Assembly: GCF_024521635.1 (NCBI RefSeq)
Contig: NW_026250414.1
Coordinates: forward strand, 62,001-126,000
Length of the DNA: 64,000 bases
Direction of reading: 5' to 3'
From: Tricharina praecox
Lineage: Eukaryota
Shown: positions 36,968-50,708 of the stretch, one piece after another
Numbering within the stretch: position 1 is the first letter of the stretch
Layout: each line of letters begins with the position of its first letter
The notes under the pieces: model-generated
Seen by the model: the letters and a program-made list of their open reading frames with translations, nothing else
The model's database searches: none
Told to the model about the DNA's origin: nothing
Made by a program: the position numbers and the translations under genes

Positions 36968-39596
36968 TATTGTGTTGGTTAAGTGTATTATCGTTCTGCT
37001 TTCTATGGATGAAAGCCCGACCACGATGGAGATGGCAATCGCAGGTATATATGCAATTCCCTCACGTATGTACTTGGTTCATGCATCCGGGGCTAGAAGC
37101 TGGCGTCGTCATTACGTAGATGCGCTCATCAGCCAGAGGCGGAGATCTGTGCGGCTAGAAGTGCCGGAGATAAGACGGTGATATCACTAGTGGTTCACTA
37201 ACCACCGTGCAAACCATCGCTTATAAATATTTTTTCTTCCCCTTCAACTTCAGTCATCCGCGAAGGTTCCATCATATTCGAGAGTATCGTCTCGGGGATG
37301 GATTGGAGTCGACACCGTGGGATTCCGATAGGGCCACGGATAACCTTTCCCTCTCCAGCAGTTCCGAAAAACCCGCCGGCCATGAAGTGCTGCTGGGTAT
37401 TGGCGGGAAACTGGTTTTAGAGCGCTTTAGTGCCTCTTTCGACAGCTTTGTTTCCATGACATTTTTTTTCCCACCTGGACGAAAGAAGGTGCGCGGACTG
37501 TCCAAAATCATACGCCATGACTCGGCTCAGGTTGCCGACACGTGCTGTGGAACTAAACCCGATGCGAGCCAACCTACCCCCCATGTCATATGTAATCAGG
37601 AGTGACAAATAACGGCCGAACTTCCCTTCCGACTTCGTTCACTGATCAGCCCATCAGGTCTCCGTTCATCCATACCCGTCCATCGCTTCCAAATACTCCA
37701 CATCCGAACCCTACCCAAAAGCCTTATTGAGCGGAACGTTTCCGAAGACTACCCAATTGCGGGTCGGTCGGCTTTTGTCCAACAAGATGGCCAGCAAGAT
37801 TTGGAAGACGATACTAGCCGGTTACTAGTAGTGGGAGACCGAAAAACGGGTGATCAGCAAAAAACGTGATCAATTGAACTAGAATTCTCGGTCGATGATG
37901 ATGAGAAGAAAACAAGACGAACAGGGAGAACAGAAAAGTGACAGCAGAAACTATCAAACGTTCAACGACCTCACCGGGTCTCCCCTCCATAATAATTGGT
38001 CCCACCAGGTCCCGACACGGTCTCTGTTCGGCGCTCACCGATGACGCGAAGTCGCCTCTGCCGCGCGCCCGTCAGTAGCCGCCTAGATGTCGGCTGAGCG
38101 AGCTACTGAGCGTCTCGAACAACTACTACCGACACGACACGATTTCCCGAGTATTAAACGAGCGCCGGACTCCCCTGGAGTTAAATTCTATGTAGAACTC
38201 CAACCCGTCGAGACTCGAAGGTAAGAGCTGGGTGACAAGCCGGTCTGCTCAACCGATTTCTACTCTCTCTTTTACTCTGTCTTTTTCTCTCTTTTTCGCT
38301 CTCTGTTTTTCTCTCCCTTTTTGTCTCGGTGGGCGTGGGGCGGCCCAGTGTTGTGGTTCATGGTGCCTACGCTCAAGAAAGGCCATCTTTTTGTGGTTCT
38401 AATTTCGAGCTAGCTAGCTGCCGGGGCCTAGCAGCAGATATGAAACCCGTGGAGTGGAAAAGGCACAGGTTATGTACCTCCCTACGAATTTAGATTTCTG
38501 ACCCGATGTTGGTGTTTCTTCTCTGGGTTTTGTACAGAAATCATACTCGGGTGCACCAAACTCTCACGGGATAACGACTAATTTTCGCTCTACAATCAAA
38601 TGCAGTGGTCACATGTACTCGGCTGGAGTATGAATTTAAAAGTTCGAAGAACTTTTCGGACTCGGAATTCAGCTACATATTCAATTATGTACTTACCTGT
38701 TCCAGGGTATGCATAGTCAACCACCGGCAGTAATTGATCCTCGTAGTGAAAAGAAACGGATGTATATTGGTCATCGCCGGGTGGGGAAGTTGCAATTTCG
38801 AGAGTTGTCAGATTTTCAATGCTGGTTTTTTTGGTGGAACCGGCTGTTTCCATGTATGTACATAAAACAATTAAACTTCCCGGGTGCAGAGCTAAACATA
38901 GTATCTACTGTACGTTTCTTGACGGCCGGCATCATACCAGGTATTATGTACTTATTTTATTTTCTGCCACCACAATGAGAGGAGCGCGGTGGAGGATGAA
39001 GATGGTGGATAAGATCATAGCGATCGATGCGATAAGATGGCGGATGTGCTAGTCGTATCGGGTGGTTCCAAAGGTGGATGATCAACGCTACGCGTCTTTG
39101 AGTTAGTCTTTAGCAACGGAGAAGGGCCATACATAAGATAGCACTCCGAAGTTGAATAGAACCTCAACTTCTCCATCGTCCTTAACTTCAACATTGGCGT
39201 TGCCGGTTTACGTCATCTTTGATCACTTTCGACCGCCGTAAAACAGGATGTATGTATTGTACTATAGACTACCATGCACATGCACACGGTCCTGAGCAAC
39301 GATAATGTCGCGCCAGTCAAGTCAACCGTAGAGTGTGCTTGCAGCAAAAATAGAGATATTCTGCATGTATCTTATCATACTCCGTCTGGGCCACCGCAGG
39401 CGAACCCCTGTGCTTCCGCCGGGAGGGGGGAAATACAAAATTTGCCGGAGTACGTGGCGAATGGATTAACCAGGTGTAACACGCCCATTGCAGCTCCATA
39501 GAGTCCAGCGTCCGGACCGCAGATATTATCTACCAGCCCGCACTCCCTCGAAACCCATACCGCAACTCTCGAAAATCCATCACAACACCAAAAAAA

Positions 39597-42500
39597 ATGA
39601 TCATTATTCTTCTCGTCTTTGCGATAGCTTCACGATCGGTCGCGGCGGCGGAGGACGCTGGCGATGACATGTCGGACAACCTATTCTCAGATCTTGCTCC
39701 GTAAGTGTCTCCATGGGTGGCTGAGGATGCCGAATACTGATCGAGATTGCCTAGGCTCCTCACGCTCTTCGGCGAGCAGTTTGCGAAGCAATACATGAGC
39801 CAGTCGAGTATGTCACAGCTTCCGACCCGGCACGGATGATCCCAGTGAGCTGACCAACCGCGCCGAGCAGTGAGCTGGCTTGACAATGTCATCTTCGCCA
39901 TGGCACCGTTGGGCATCATCACAGCTATTGTTGGGGCCATTCGAGTCGGCGGCCCATCGTGGCTGAAAGCGCTCGTCGGAAGGGCTCAGGAGAATTGCGC
40001 AACCGTCGAGGTGGAATTGATGTCCTCTACTTCGCACGAGGTCTGTGAGCTCTGGAATGGGCAGGGCGTTATCAGGACAATGGGGAGTCCAGAAGTTATG
40101 CAGATAATTTACCTCGAATCGGCAGCTGGCACCGACTCGGCAGAGACATTCGGGCTACATACCGTAGAGAGTGCATTACAGGCTGGTCTTCTTGATACCA
40201 AAGGTATGTGCCCCGCTGCAATTGAGGTTCAACCATCGTTCGTCTCCGCTAACGGGTGTTTTCAGAGGGTGACACCCCACTGACAGCATCCAGCTTGGTC
40301 TCGTCCAGTGTATTTTCGTTCAGCGCACCCCCATCTACACGAAAACCGCCTACCGAGGACTTGGAGCAGAACGGCCAGGGAGCGGACCGGAAGAACAGAC
40401 GATCGGCTTCGAATATGGACGGCCTCCAAGCAGCCCCCAACATATCGCTCAACCTTCATGGCGGCACCGCGATTGGCGAACTGTATGCTGCTGCGATTTG
40501 TGGTGCTGTACTTCAATGTGCCATGTTGGTCTATTGCGGGGTTTTGGTCTACTTTCCAGCAGTTCGCCAGCGATTCAGGACGGCGTTGGACAATGGCCAT
40601 TTCCCGTTTTGGCCACGGGGACCATTGCGCTCGTTATCGGGATGTTCATTTGCTCTGCCGTTGTGAAGCACAGCACAAAGGAGACAAAGTTTGTGCTACC
40701 GCAAAATGATCGTACTCCAAAACATCAATCCGGAGATCCGCTGCCTGTTGCAACCGGCCAAACACGAGTCGAAGAGCCGAAGATCCGCACAACGAAGCCT
40801 AAAGCTGCCCGCATACTATGGCTGCAGTCGTCCCATACCGTCAGCGACCAGGCGTTTGATTCGTTCGTCATGTTCGGACGACACGCCTCCAATCGAATTC
40901 TGACTTCCCACAGGGACGATAACAACATTCGTCCAATACGCATCCACACGACTCCGAAATCTCCCCCAAGTTCGAATATAGCCGCCAGCTTCATGGAGAA
41001 ATTATGGGGTTTCGCCGCCTTCTCCCAGAATCTGACCGTCATCGGAACATTCTTTGGGCTGGCCGGTTTTGTTCTTCAGTTCCAGGGTCTGCGCGGTATG
41101 AATTGGTCGGCATCGATCGCCCAGCTACTCGCTGTTTCTCTTATGACGGCCTGGCGCGCGTGGCTCCGGCGGATTCTCACCGCTACTCCGATCCCGAAGC
41201 AAGTCCTCCCCAAACACGAAATGGATTGGTTGGCATTATGGGTGTCAAGGAAACTCGGAGATGATACGGATACCGGGGGCGCCATTGCTTGGCCAAAGAC
41301 AGAGGAAGAAATTGACGAGGAAGCCGAGGAATTGAAGCAACGGCAGCAGAGAGACTTGGCTCAAGAGCGCCGCGGCCCGCGATCGGCGGCGGTGGTGGCT
41401 AGGAGTTCCGATTCTCACGTCGAAGCCCCACCGGTGGAACGACTGATCTGGAAGATTGTCACCAATACGCAAAACATGGCCTGTCGCGGAGAGCACAATA
41501 TGCAGCAACGCATCACTAGAGTACGCGGCGCAAGTGGATCTAGTATTGTGGAACATAGCACATCGGAGGGAAACGACGTGGGTGGATCCGACATCGCAGA
41601 GGGGCAAGATTCCATTGTTCCGGCCATAAACTCAGAGGAAAAGCGCGAACAGCTGGGCTCACCGAACAACCACAAAGATGCACAACAAGCGCTGAGAGTA
41701 AGACAGAGGCTGGGGCAGCTGACTAGGTGGGAAGGACCTGCAACCCAGATGTCGGTTGCTATGGCGAGGTCTATCGCAGTGGTCCTGGATACACTGTTCT
41801 CCGGTGAAGATGTCAACGAGACAGAGTCGTTTTACTGGTTTCTGAATGTTCAACTTCACGATCGAGATGTCAAAAAAATCGAAAGAATCAAATTCCGTGC
41901 CTACAAAAACCCGGGCGAAAATTGGAAAGCTGATGCCACAGAGATAGAGGCAGCGTTGTCTCTGTGGCTTTTTCATATCCGCGAAATACAGGCTATTTCG
42001 CGCCATGACAGGACGGAGGAGGAGGACGCCCTGAAAGGCTCGGGGAAGGAAAATGATTGGCTTCAGAAAGATGTGGAGTTGAGCCAGAAAGTTGTTCGTC
42101 TTCTAGGTCTGGATACTGCCAGTTTACAGAGAGATATTGGCCGGTGGGTCGGGATCGCACCCCACTCAAGCGGGCATTCGAGCGACGCAATTATCGGTAC
42201 CAACGATAAGCCCAAAGGATTTCCTGGATTCTTGGGACCGATTGGGTTTCTCGGCTTAGAGTCTACAGAGCGAACTATTTCCGGGGGTAAGGGGAACCTT
42301 CTGCATCCTTCGCTCCCGGATATCATTTGCTCCCGAATCGGATGAATGGCTGACAATAATTCTTCAGATTCCCAGCAATCCGCTCTGACCGTAGACTGCA
42401 ACGCGTCGCTTGAGAGCTTGCTCGCACAGCATATCTTTACGGCTTTCATGTGGTCGATGGCGATAGACATGCGCGTCCGCTTTGACGACGACTCCTCGAT

Positions 42501-45500
42501 TTTGTCCTGCAAGGACTACAGAGTGGAAGATTCGGACACGCTACTGTCTTTGAGACTTGAGAGTAAGACACTCGCGGAGATGACCGAAGGTATTCAAGGC
42601 ACCGGATTATGCAGTTTGCTGGAAGCATATATATGCATCATTCCGCCGCTCAGTTCTGCAAAGAGACTCCCGGTTCGGGCTGTGGTCGACTTTGCGAGGC
42701 AACAGAGGAAAGGCCCGGAGCTGCTGGGGCTGTGGGAGAAGGTGGTGCCCGTATACATACGACTGTTTCGGGAATTCAAACCCCTTGGGGAAAGACATCC
42801 CGTTTTCCTGCATACGACTGCGATCATGATAGATGCGCTGCTATCTGCTACCAAAGCTTCAAAACTGCGAAAGCAATAGAGGGCAGCCGACAATGATGAT
42901 TTGCGCGCGTTGTGTCGTAAGATGGCTAAAGAGTTGAACCTTAGCCTGCGGCGCGTGTCTCATTCACACCGCGGACATTCTGAACTCACGTATCGCTTTG
43001 CAATGCTGTACAAGCTCCAACGGCGCCTGAATGAGTTCATATGGTCGCGCTTAGGAGTCCATAGCGCATCTTTGGATGGCGAAGAATGGAGGACGCGGCA
43101 GTTGAAAGGGCAGAAGGAAAGAGGGTGGAAAAGTACACATTCTGAAAGCATATATGGCTTTTTCGAAACCTCCCTATGTTCTCGGAGATTATTACGATGA
43201 GAAGTGACTCGGTTGCCGTGCTTAGAGTTAAAGCGGACGCGCGAAATTTGAATGCGACAGATATCCTCGGCTGGAATCCACTTCACTATACTGTGATGAC
43301 GCGAGAGACGGAGTCTATAAAGAAATTATTACAGCTCGGTGCGGACCCGAACTCGTTTGATGTGGCCGGAAAAACACCATTATATTTCGCGATTCACAAT
43401 TGGCATGCACGGGCGCCGAGCAGCGAGAAACGTACGTTGGAGGACGTGGCTGAAGGTGAATTCGCGGTAGCAGAAGCAGACGGGACAAGAAAGGATAGGG
43501 TGGAAGGAGCAGGAGGGGCGGAGGAAGCGGATAGGACGGAAGAAGCAGATGGAGTGGAAGAAGTTGGTGGGCTGGAAGGAGAAGACGGAGCGGAAGGAGC
43601 CGATGTCAAAATCATCTGGGCCCTTATGAGAGGTGGTGCAGATTTGGATGTCTGTGGGAGAGACGGCAGAGGACCCCTTCACTGCGCAGCCTTGAATGGT
43701 AATGCCACGGCGACGAACTTGCTCCTCCAAGCAGGCGCAAACATCGAAGTCCAAGACAATTCGCGACAAAAGCCGATACATTTGGCTGCATATAAAGGAA
43801 GTGTCTCAGTCGTCCGTATTTTATTAGGTCAGGGCGCAAATGTTGAAGCACGCGACAGCTATGGACGAACCGCCTTACACATGGCAGCAGTGGCAGGACG
43901 AGCAGCGGTAGTAAACCAATTACTGGATTCCTCAGACGCCGAAAAAGCCGCGAAGGACCGACTTGGACGAACCCCATTACACCTAGCCGCAATAAAGGGA
44001 GACCTGCCAACTGTCGTACAGATGTTGAAAGCGGAAGCCGATAGACGAGTGAAATATCCGGACGGGAGCACTGCGTCACATTACGAGATTCGCTACGGAA
44101 ACGCCGGCACAGTGCGACTTCCTCTGAAATCTAAGGAGTCCGTGGACCATGAAGGAATGACGGCACTGCACTTAGCGGCTCAGCATGGTCACCGAGACAT
44201 CTTGAAGCTTTTCCTAGACAATGGAGCCTCTATTGAAGCCAAAACCCTCGAAGGATTGACGGCACTGCACCTAGCGGCTCAGTATGGCCACCGAGACATC
44301 TTGAAGCTTTTCCTAGACAGTGGAGCCTCCATTGAAGCCAAAACCCTCGAAGGGTTGACGGCACTACACCTAGCGGCTCTATATGGTCACGACGGTGTCT
44401 TGGAGCTTCTCTTAGATCGTGGAATCCCCATTGAAGTCAAAGACCACGAAGGAATGACGGCATTGCATCTAGCGGCTCAAAATGGTCAGGAAGGCACCTC
44501 GGGGATTCTCCTAGATCGTGGAGCGTCCATTGCAGACAAAAGCCAAAAAGGTTTGACGGCACTGCATCTAACAGCCCAACGGGGTCACCGAGACATCTTG
44601 AAGCTTTTCCTAGACAATGGAGCCTCCGTTGAAGCCAAAACACTCGAAGGATTTACAGCACTTCATCTAGCGGCTCAACATAATCACCACGATGTCTCGG
44701 AGTTTCTCCTCGACCGTGGAGTACCGATTGAAGAAAAAAGCCTTGAAGGATTGACGGCACTACACCTAGCTGCCCCACATGGTTGCGGCGATGTCTTGGA
44801 ACTTCTCATCGCTCGTCATGCCTTGATTGAAGTCGAAACAAATGCTGGATACACTGCACTGTACCTGGCAGCCCTCAATGGCCACATAACTGTAGTAAAA
44901 CTACTTCTGGACGAGAATGCCCGAACCGATTGCTCATACAAAATAGCCATTGATGAATTTCACTTAATGGGCGACACCATTGTCAACATCGTCTGTGGAG
45001 TGGTACCGGCAGCGGCGAGTGGTGGTTATATCGAGATAGTCCGGTTGTTCGTGAATGCCGGGGCGCCCGTCGTTCCCAAAAGTAGTATCACATTCGGAAA
45101 CATATATGTTGCCCGCAACGCCAGCCTTCACATATACTCTGGAGCACTGTCGGCAGCTGTTAGAGGTGGTCACACGGAGACCGCCTAGTTTCTCTTAAGT
45201 GCGAGCGTCGACATCACTGGCATGTATTCAGGCAGTATTGATGTTCATGGCTCAATCGACGCTTCCGAAAATGCCACAGTCACGATCGACTTTGCTACCT
45301 TCCACCAAGGTGGTGACATTCATGTGCGAAAGAACTCCATGTTTATGGCCCACCGTGGAGCACTTTCAGTAGCGGTTGCGAAACGTGAGATGGAGATGCT
45401 TGAGTTGCTACTTGAGGCTGGAGTTAATCCCAACGACCACCCCCCAGATGAAATCACCATTGAGGGCAGCACTGACGTCTCCGGTAATCCCTTAATCACG

Positions 45501-46781
45501 ATCGATTATGCTACCTTCCACCAACGTGGTGACATTGTTGTGACCAACAAGTCTACATTCAAAGCCCACCGTGGAGTACTTTCAATTGCGGTTGAAAATG
45601 GTGATAGCGAGGTGGTCAAGTTGCTATTGGAGGCTGGAGCCAACCCTAACGACCACCCCCCAGGCGAAATCACCACCGAGGGCAGCACTCACCTCTCCGA
45701 CATTTCATTGATCCAAATCGACTATGCTGCCTTTCACCAACGTGGTGACTTTCATGTGGGCGACAACTCCATGTTTGATTCCTATCGTGGTGTACTTTCA
45801 GCAGCGGTTGGGAAAAGTAATAGCGAGGTGGTCAAGTTGCTATTGGAGGCTGGGGCCAACCCCAACGATCATCGGGCCCCGGGCGAAATGATCACCGAAG
45901 GCAGCACTCACGTCTCCGACAATTCCAGAATTCAGATCGACTATGCTACGCTCCGCCTGCATACTAATGAAATCCATGTAGATAACGGCTCCACATTCAA
46001 TGCCTACCTTTCAGTGTTTTCGTTAGCGGCTAGAAGAAGTGAGGGCAAAATATTCCGATTGTTATTGAATGCTACGTCCGGAGACGTGCCCGCCAGAATT
46101 ATCACATTCCTCGGCAACGGTAACCAAAACATCAGCGATGTAACCTACAACTCTGCGAATGCAACCCAGGCAGCTAGATCGAATAGCCCCGACGAAATGG
46201 AGGAGGAGCCGGGGGAGGAGCAGGAGGAGGAGGAGGAGGAGGAGGAGGAGGAGGAAGAAGAAGAAGAAGAGGAGGAAGAGGAGGAGGAGGAAGAGGAAGA
46301 GGAAGAGGAGGAGAAGGAGGAGGAGAAGAAGATCCAAGATGAAACGGATAGGAAGGATCAGGAGACGGATGTAGCAATGCTAGCGGCAGAAGAGGCGGGG
46401 AAGCCTAAGGAGGTAAACGAGGAGGTAAACGAGGAGGTACACAAGGCAGGACTGGATGTGGCAGACGAGATGAAAAAGGAGACGAATGAGGCGGCGGAGG
46501 CGGTGGAGGCGGTGGGCAAGGCAGGCAAGGAAGCGTTGGCAATGGCTGCGGAAACGACAGAGGAGGCGAGAGAAGCGGCGACAACGGTGCCACCGGCGGT
46601 GCCAACAGCCGCAGAGAAAGTGAAGCCGAGGCTTATTGGCGGTGATGGAAGTCTACAAGAGGGCAGACGAAGCAAATCAAGCGATGGAGCAGCTGACACC
46701 GGTAGCTGCGGTGGCGGCGGTAGTCATGGGAATGGTACGGGGAGTACAACCGCTGATGCGGCTGCAGCGGAGAAGTTTTGA
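39597..46781 (+). pseudogene. Large signal-peptide/multi-TM ankyrin-repeat protein, interrupted as read
   Basis: N-terminus MIIILLVFAIAS..DNLFSDLAPLLTLFGEQFAKQYMSQS..WLDNVIFAMAPLGIITAIVGAIRVGGP, typical of a fungal ankyrin family; four clean introns (~39701, 39808, 40204, 42287); many ankyrin repeats from ~43260; frameshifts at ~40576 and ~43173; in-frame TAG at 42877 and 45186. Confidence 0.85.
46199..46330 (+). repeat. GAG/GAA trinucleotide tract (poly-Glu)
   Basis: Directly visible; in frame in the last ankyrin ORF. Confidence 0.95.
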
Positions 46782-47319
46782 GCCAACGGGAGGCGCCGAG
46801 GAGACGGTGGGACGGTGGGGCGGTGGGGTGGTGGGGTGGTGGGGCGGTAGGTTGGCGGGGAGTCATGATGATAATAAGGCGATTGAAGTATTTGAAATGT
46901 AGTGTACAAGATTGCGATGGGGAGGTGTTCAACTCCGCAGTGAGAATGCGGGCATTCTGCACGACACCGGTGATCATGCATTCGACAAAGATGCCTTCGA
47001 GAGGAACCCACTAACTATTTGTTTCGTACAACGAAGCAACGGTAGACGGTTGGGACCAATTTCGGTGATGGAATCATCTAGAGCGTACTAGAATTTCAAG
47101 TACATCTTACCACTCGTCCAGCTCCTCCATCACCCAGCTTTTCTATCGCCCATCCTGCTCGAGCAACCCTCTGGTGACAGCACTCAATGAGCCCTAGACC
47201 CCTATCCGTTCCGTTGACAAAACTAGACTACCTACGTCTGCAAGAATAATAAACTACATACAAGAGCTTATTGGCAACGACTAAGTCCGATTCAAAATAG
47301 CTAGTTTAGCAGGATCACC

Positions 47320-47545
47320 GCACAGATCTCACGATCAGCCTGCTAGTAGTATCAGTGCACCACTTCCCCGAGATTCGAGAGAAGAAGCCGACGATGCAGA
47401 CCCAGTAGTTGCATCCCCGGGAGATCAATTTGATTTCATCCGCTCGTGCATTCGGGGTGTGTCTGTTAAAGACAGGCCCATGGGTGTGACGATTATTATC
47501 ATGGCTTGCGCTCAGCTGGGTGGCACGTAGGTGTAGGCCGATTGG
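47320..47545 (+). pseudogene. Decayed LaeA-like SAM-dependent methyltransferase fragment
   Basis: Translates as EADDADPVVASPGDQFDFIRSCIRGVSVKDRP...QLGGT*V*AD, resembling the family pattern FEVDDAE..W....FDFIH.R...GS..DWP...PGG..E. Confidence 0.45.
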
Positions 47546-48380
47546 CTAGAAGGATAAAGCCCAATGCTGGACCCTCGTGGCTGTTGTAATATCACACCGC
47601 TTACTCAGCATTATTGAAGGTAAGGACATTGATTTGTTTCCGTTGTTCATTGGCTTGAGATAAGGACTCGGGCCATCGTCTTTACGAGAACAGCACTCCA
47701 TATTTACAACAAAATCGAGTGATAACTATGACGCGTAATGTCGATATCATTCAACCCTAGGCGGTTGTTTCAATTCCACCCAGCCAGCTTCTTCCTTTCC
47801 CCCCCTTTTCTCCCTTACTAAAATATATGCCCCGCCGTCTATTGTACTCGGCCGCAACCCCATTATCGTACGTACCATTGTATCATAAGTATTTTGCCTG
47901 CCGATATGAATGAAATTGTCCCGAATAGTATAGCTCGACTGCAGAAGAATTGTAGAGACAGGGAGAATGTGCCCAGGATTTTCGAGCTGGCTGCTCAGGG
48001 GCTTCAATACCCACTAAATATCATCTCCCGTAGCCACAAGCTATCCTTTCCCAAACCATATGGACATGTCCATTAACGGGGCCTTATATTGTAACTGTTT
48101 GAGGGCTCTGATGCGGTGACACCAAATCCCCCACCAGCCTTTTTAGCAACCCAATTTGTCCTAGTGCGGCAGCCAATCGACCTGTATTTGTTTCCCTGCT
48201 CTCCTCTTCTCTTCCTTCTTCTCTACTCCTCCTTCCACTATCACCCCCTCCAAATCCATCACCCCCTCCAAATCCATCACCCCCTCCTCCATCTCCATTG
48301 CTCCGGCAGTCTGTTACGAGTACGAGTTCCGCAGAACCACGAATCATATCCGATTTTGACTGTCCCATTCCCTCTTCACG

Positions 48381-49527
48381 ATGAAGCTTTCGATTCTCGT
48401 TGCCGTTGCCTCCGTCTTCCCGACGCTATCTAGCTGCCATGCATACTTTGCTGGGTTCAATTTGCGTCCGTCGTCCTATTACTACTAGTTTGATGTGCTC
48501 TAACGCTCTTGTTTATATTTCAGCCCACAATACGGCAAGCGGCGGATGCAAGACCACACAGGATTGGAGGAGGGAGTTTGCCACACTCAAGTCATGGAGT
48601 ACGGGTGGCAAGGGTAACTTCGATACAGTCAAGATCTTCTCTACGAGCGGCTGTGATGCCCTTTCCAATGCTGTTCCAGCTGCAATGGAGACTGGGATAA
48701 AGCTGTGGGTTGGTATGTTTCTCGATTGTTGCAAGGCTATGATCGTTACTGACGGATCTGACTCACTATAGGTGTCTGGAATACTCCGTCTTGGAAATTC
48801 GACGTCGATAAAGCAGCCCTTGAGTCCGCGATCCGGAGGTATCCAGACACTCGTAGGTGGCTCCGAGGTATCAATGTTGGATCTGAGAGCTTGTACACTC
48901 GGCAAGTGACCGCAGCTGAATTGGTGGGACAAATAAAGGGTTTGTCTAGTCTATTTGCCTCTATCGATTACTAGCTAACATTATTCAATACAAGATGTCA
49001 AGGGCATGATCCATAAAACCCTCAAGTCCCCTTGGACGCCCATCGGCACTGCGGATACCTGGAACGTCCTCGTCGATCCAGCAAACCGTGCCGTAACCGA
49101 TGTCTCGAATGTCGTCGTCATGAACGCATTCCCTTTCTGGGAGGGGATTCACATCGACGGTGCTCTCGAGAGGTTGAAATTCAATATCCGGGAGACGAGG
49201 AAGGCCATTGGTTGGGAGAAGTTCTTCATCATAGGTGAAACCGGATGGCCAACGGACGGACGCGACTTTGGTGCTGCTACTCCCTCCATACGTAATCAGC
49301 AGAAGTACTGGAAGACGGCGGCATGCTGGTTGCAGACCACCTCTTACCCTTGGCTTTGGTTCGAGGGCTTCGACGAACCTTCTAAGGCTGACTCTGCAGA
49401 TAAGCTTGACTACGAGAGGAGCTTTGGTGTTTGTGCATACCCCATCCTCGCATCAGATTTCACTTACTAACCTCTACCCGCCATAGCCTCAAATTTCCAG
49501 AAGCCCAAGTTCGACTTGCATTGTTAA
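48381..49527 (+). CDS. Secreted GH17 beta-1,3-glucanase/glucanosyltransferase (Bgl2-like)
   Basis: Signal peptide MKLSILVAVASV; after removing four introns: GCKT, INVGSESLY, GTADTW, NAFPFWEG, IGETGWPT, WFEGFDEPSK, ending KPKFDLHC*. Confidence 0.92.
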
Positions 49528-50636
49528 TCGCCAACTTCGACGAACATGCGTTACAGCGGGGGTGCTATGTTAATCCATACCCGTATTGCTGAATGAAGGG
49601 TGTTATTAGGCGGCATTGGTTATGATGTATATTATGCTCCCAGATTCTATAAGGGATTGCCAGGATGGATTATGATTCGGATTCGATGCTATTTGGTTCT
49701 CCTATGATTGAGTACTACTGAATAAAAGAAACTGCCACCTACAACAAAACCAACTCAAGTGAACAACGCACGTTCCCATCTATTCGAAGCTAGGGATCTT
49801 TCAGAAAACTCTGTAGGCTTGGTTTACCTTTATGGCTATCGTTTTGGGTGGAGGCGCAGGGCAGCGTCCATCTAAAAGAAGTGACTTCACCCAGGCTCGA
49901 TCTGGGGACCTTGTGTGTGTTAGACACATGTGATAACCAACTACACCATGAAGCCGCTTGCGGTGACCAGACAATTTCATGTTTATGAATTAAAAGGTAC
50001 AGAGCACCAGAAGCGCTCTTTACATATGGACCTTGTCCAGTCGGATCACCCACTTTCGAGGAAGTGTGCGTGAGTGTTAACTCTGGCGATATGACTAAGC
50101 CACAGGCGTCTATGGTGGCTGGTGCAAATAAGAACGAGTCTCTCTTGAGGAGTGTGAATGGAGAACCCACAGATCTGGCCTGAGGAAAGCTGACGTTGAA
50201 GGCTACTTCATACATTCATACCAAAGTACATATAGGTACAACTATTCCGTTTAGCCGTACGTGTGTCTGCCTGCTTAGTTATGTAGAGATAGTGGAACGC
50301 CCGTGTCAACCGAATCCACAGCTTCGTGCTCACGCCGGCATGGTTGAGTGGAGTGTATCAACATGTCGCCCATCAGCCGTGTCATGCGTTGGTGGTTGGT
50401 GGAGCTAACCCGTTCCGAGTAGTGCGACCACGTGGCGAGCGAAGCGAGGATTTGGACTCTGGTGCGCGTCGAGGATCGTCACTTTCGACGTTCCGAGTAC
50501 TATCGAGAATACATCATTATTCAACAGAGGGCATCATTCAATTTCACTTGTATTTCCGGCTGCTGCGTCAAACACTACCGGATAACTGATGAGAGGCCTG
50601 CTCATAAGTATCTTTGCCTTCCGACATACACAGTTA

Positions 50637-50708
50637 AGCAACATGGCGCAGCGGAAGCGCGCCGGGCTCATAACCCGGAGGTCCCTCGATCGAAACGAGG
50701 TGTTGCTA
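50637..50708 (+). tRNA. Initiator tRNA-Met(CAT)
   Basis: Identical to the other two copies. Confidence 0.97.

Noticed and set aside
49967-50030. Kinase-like snippets PDNFMF and RYRAPEALF
   Set aside because: Too close together, in different frames and with no DFG; probably chance.
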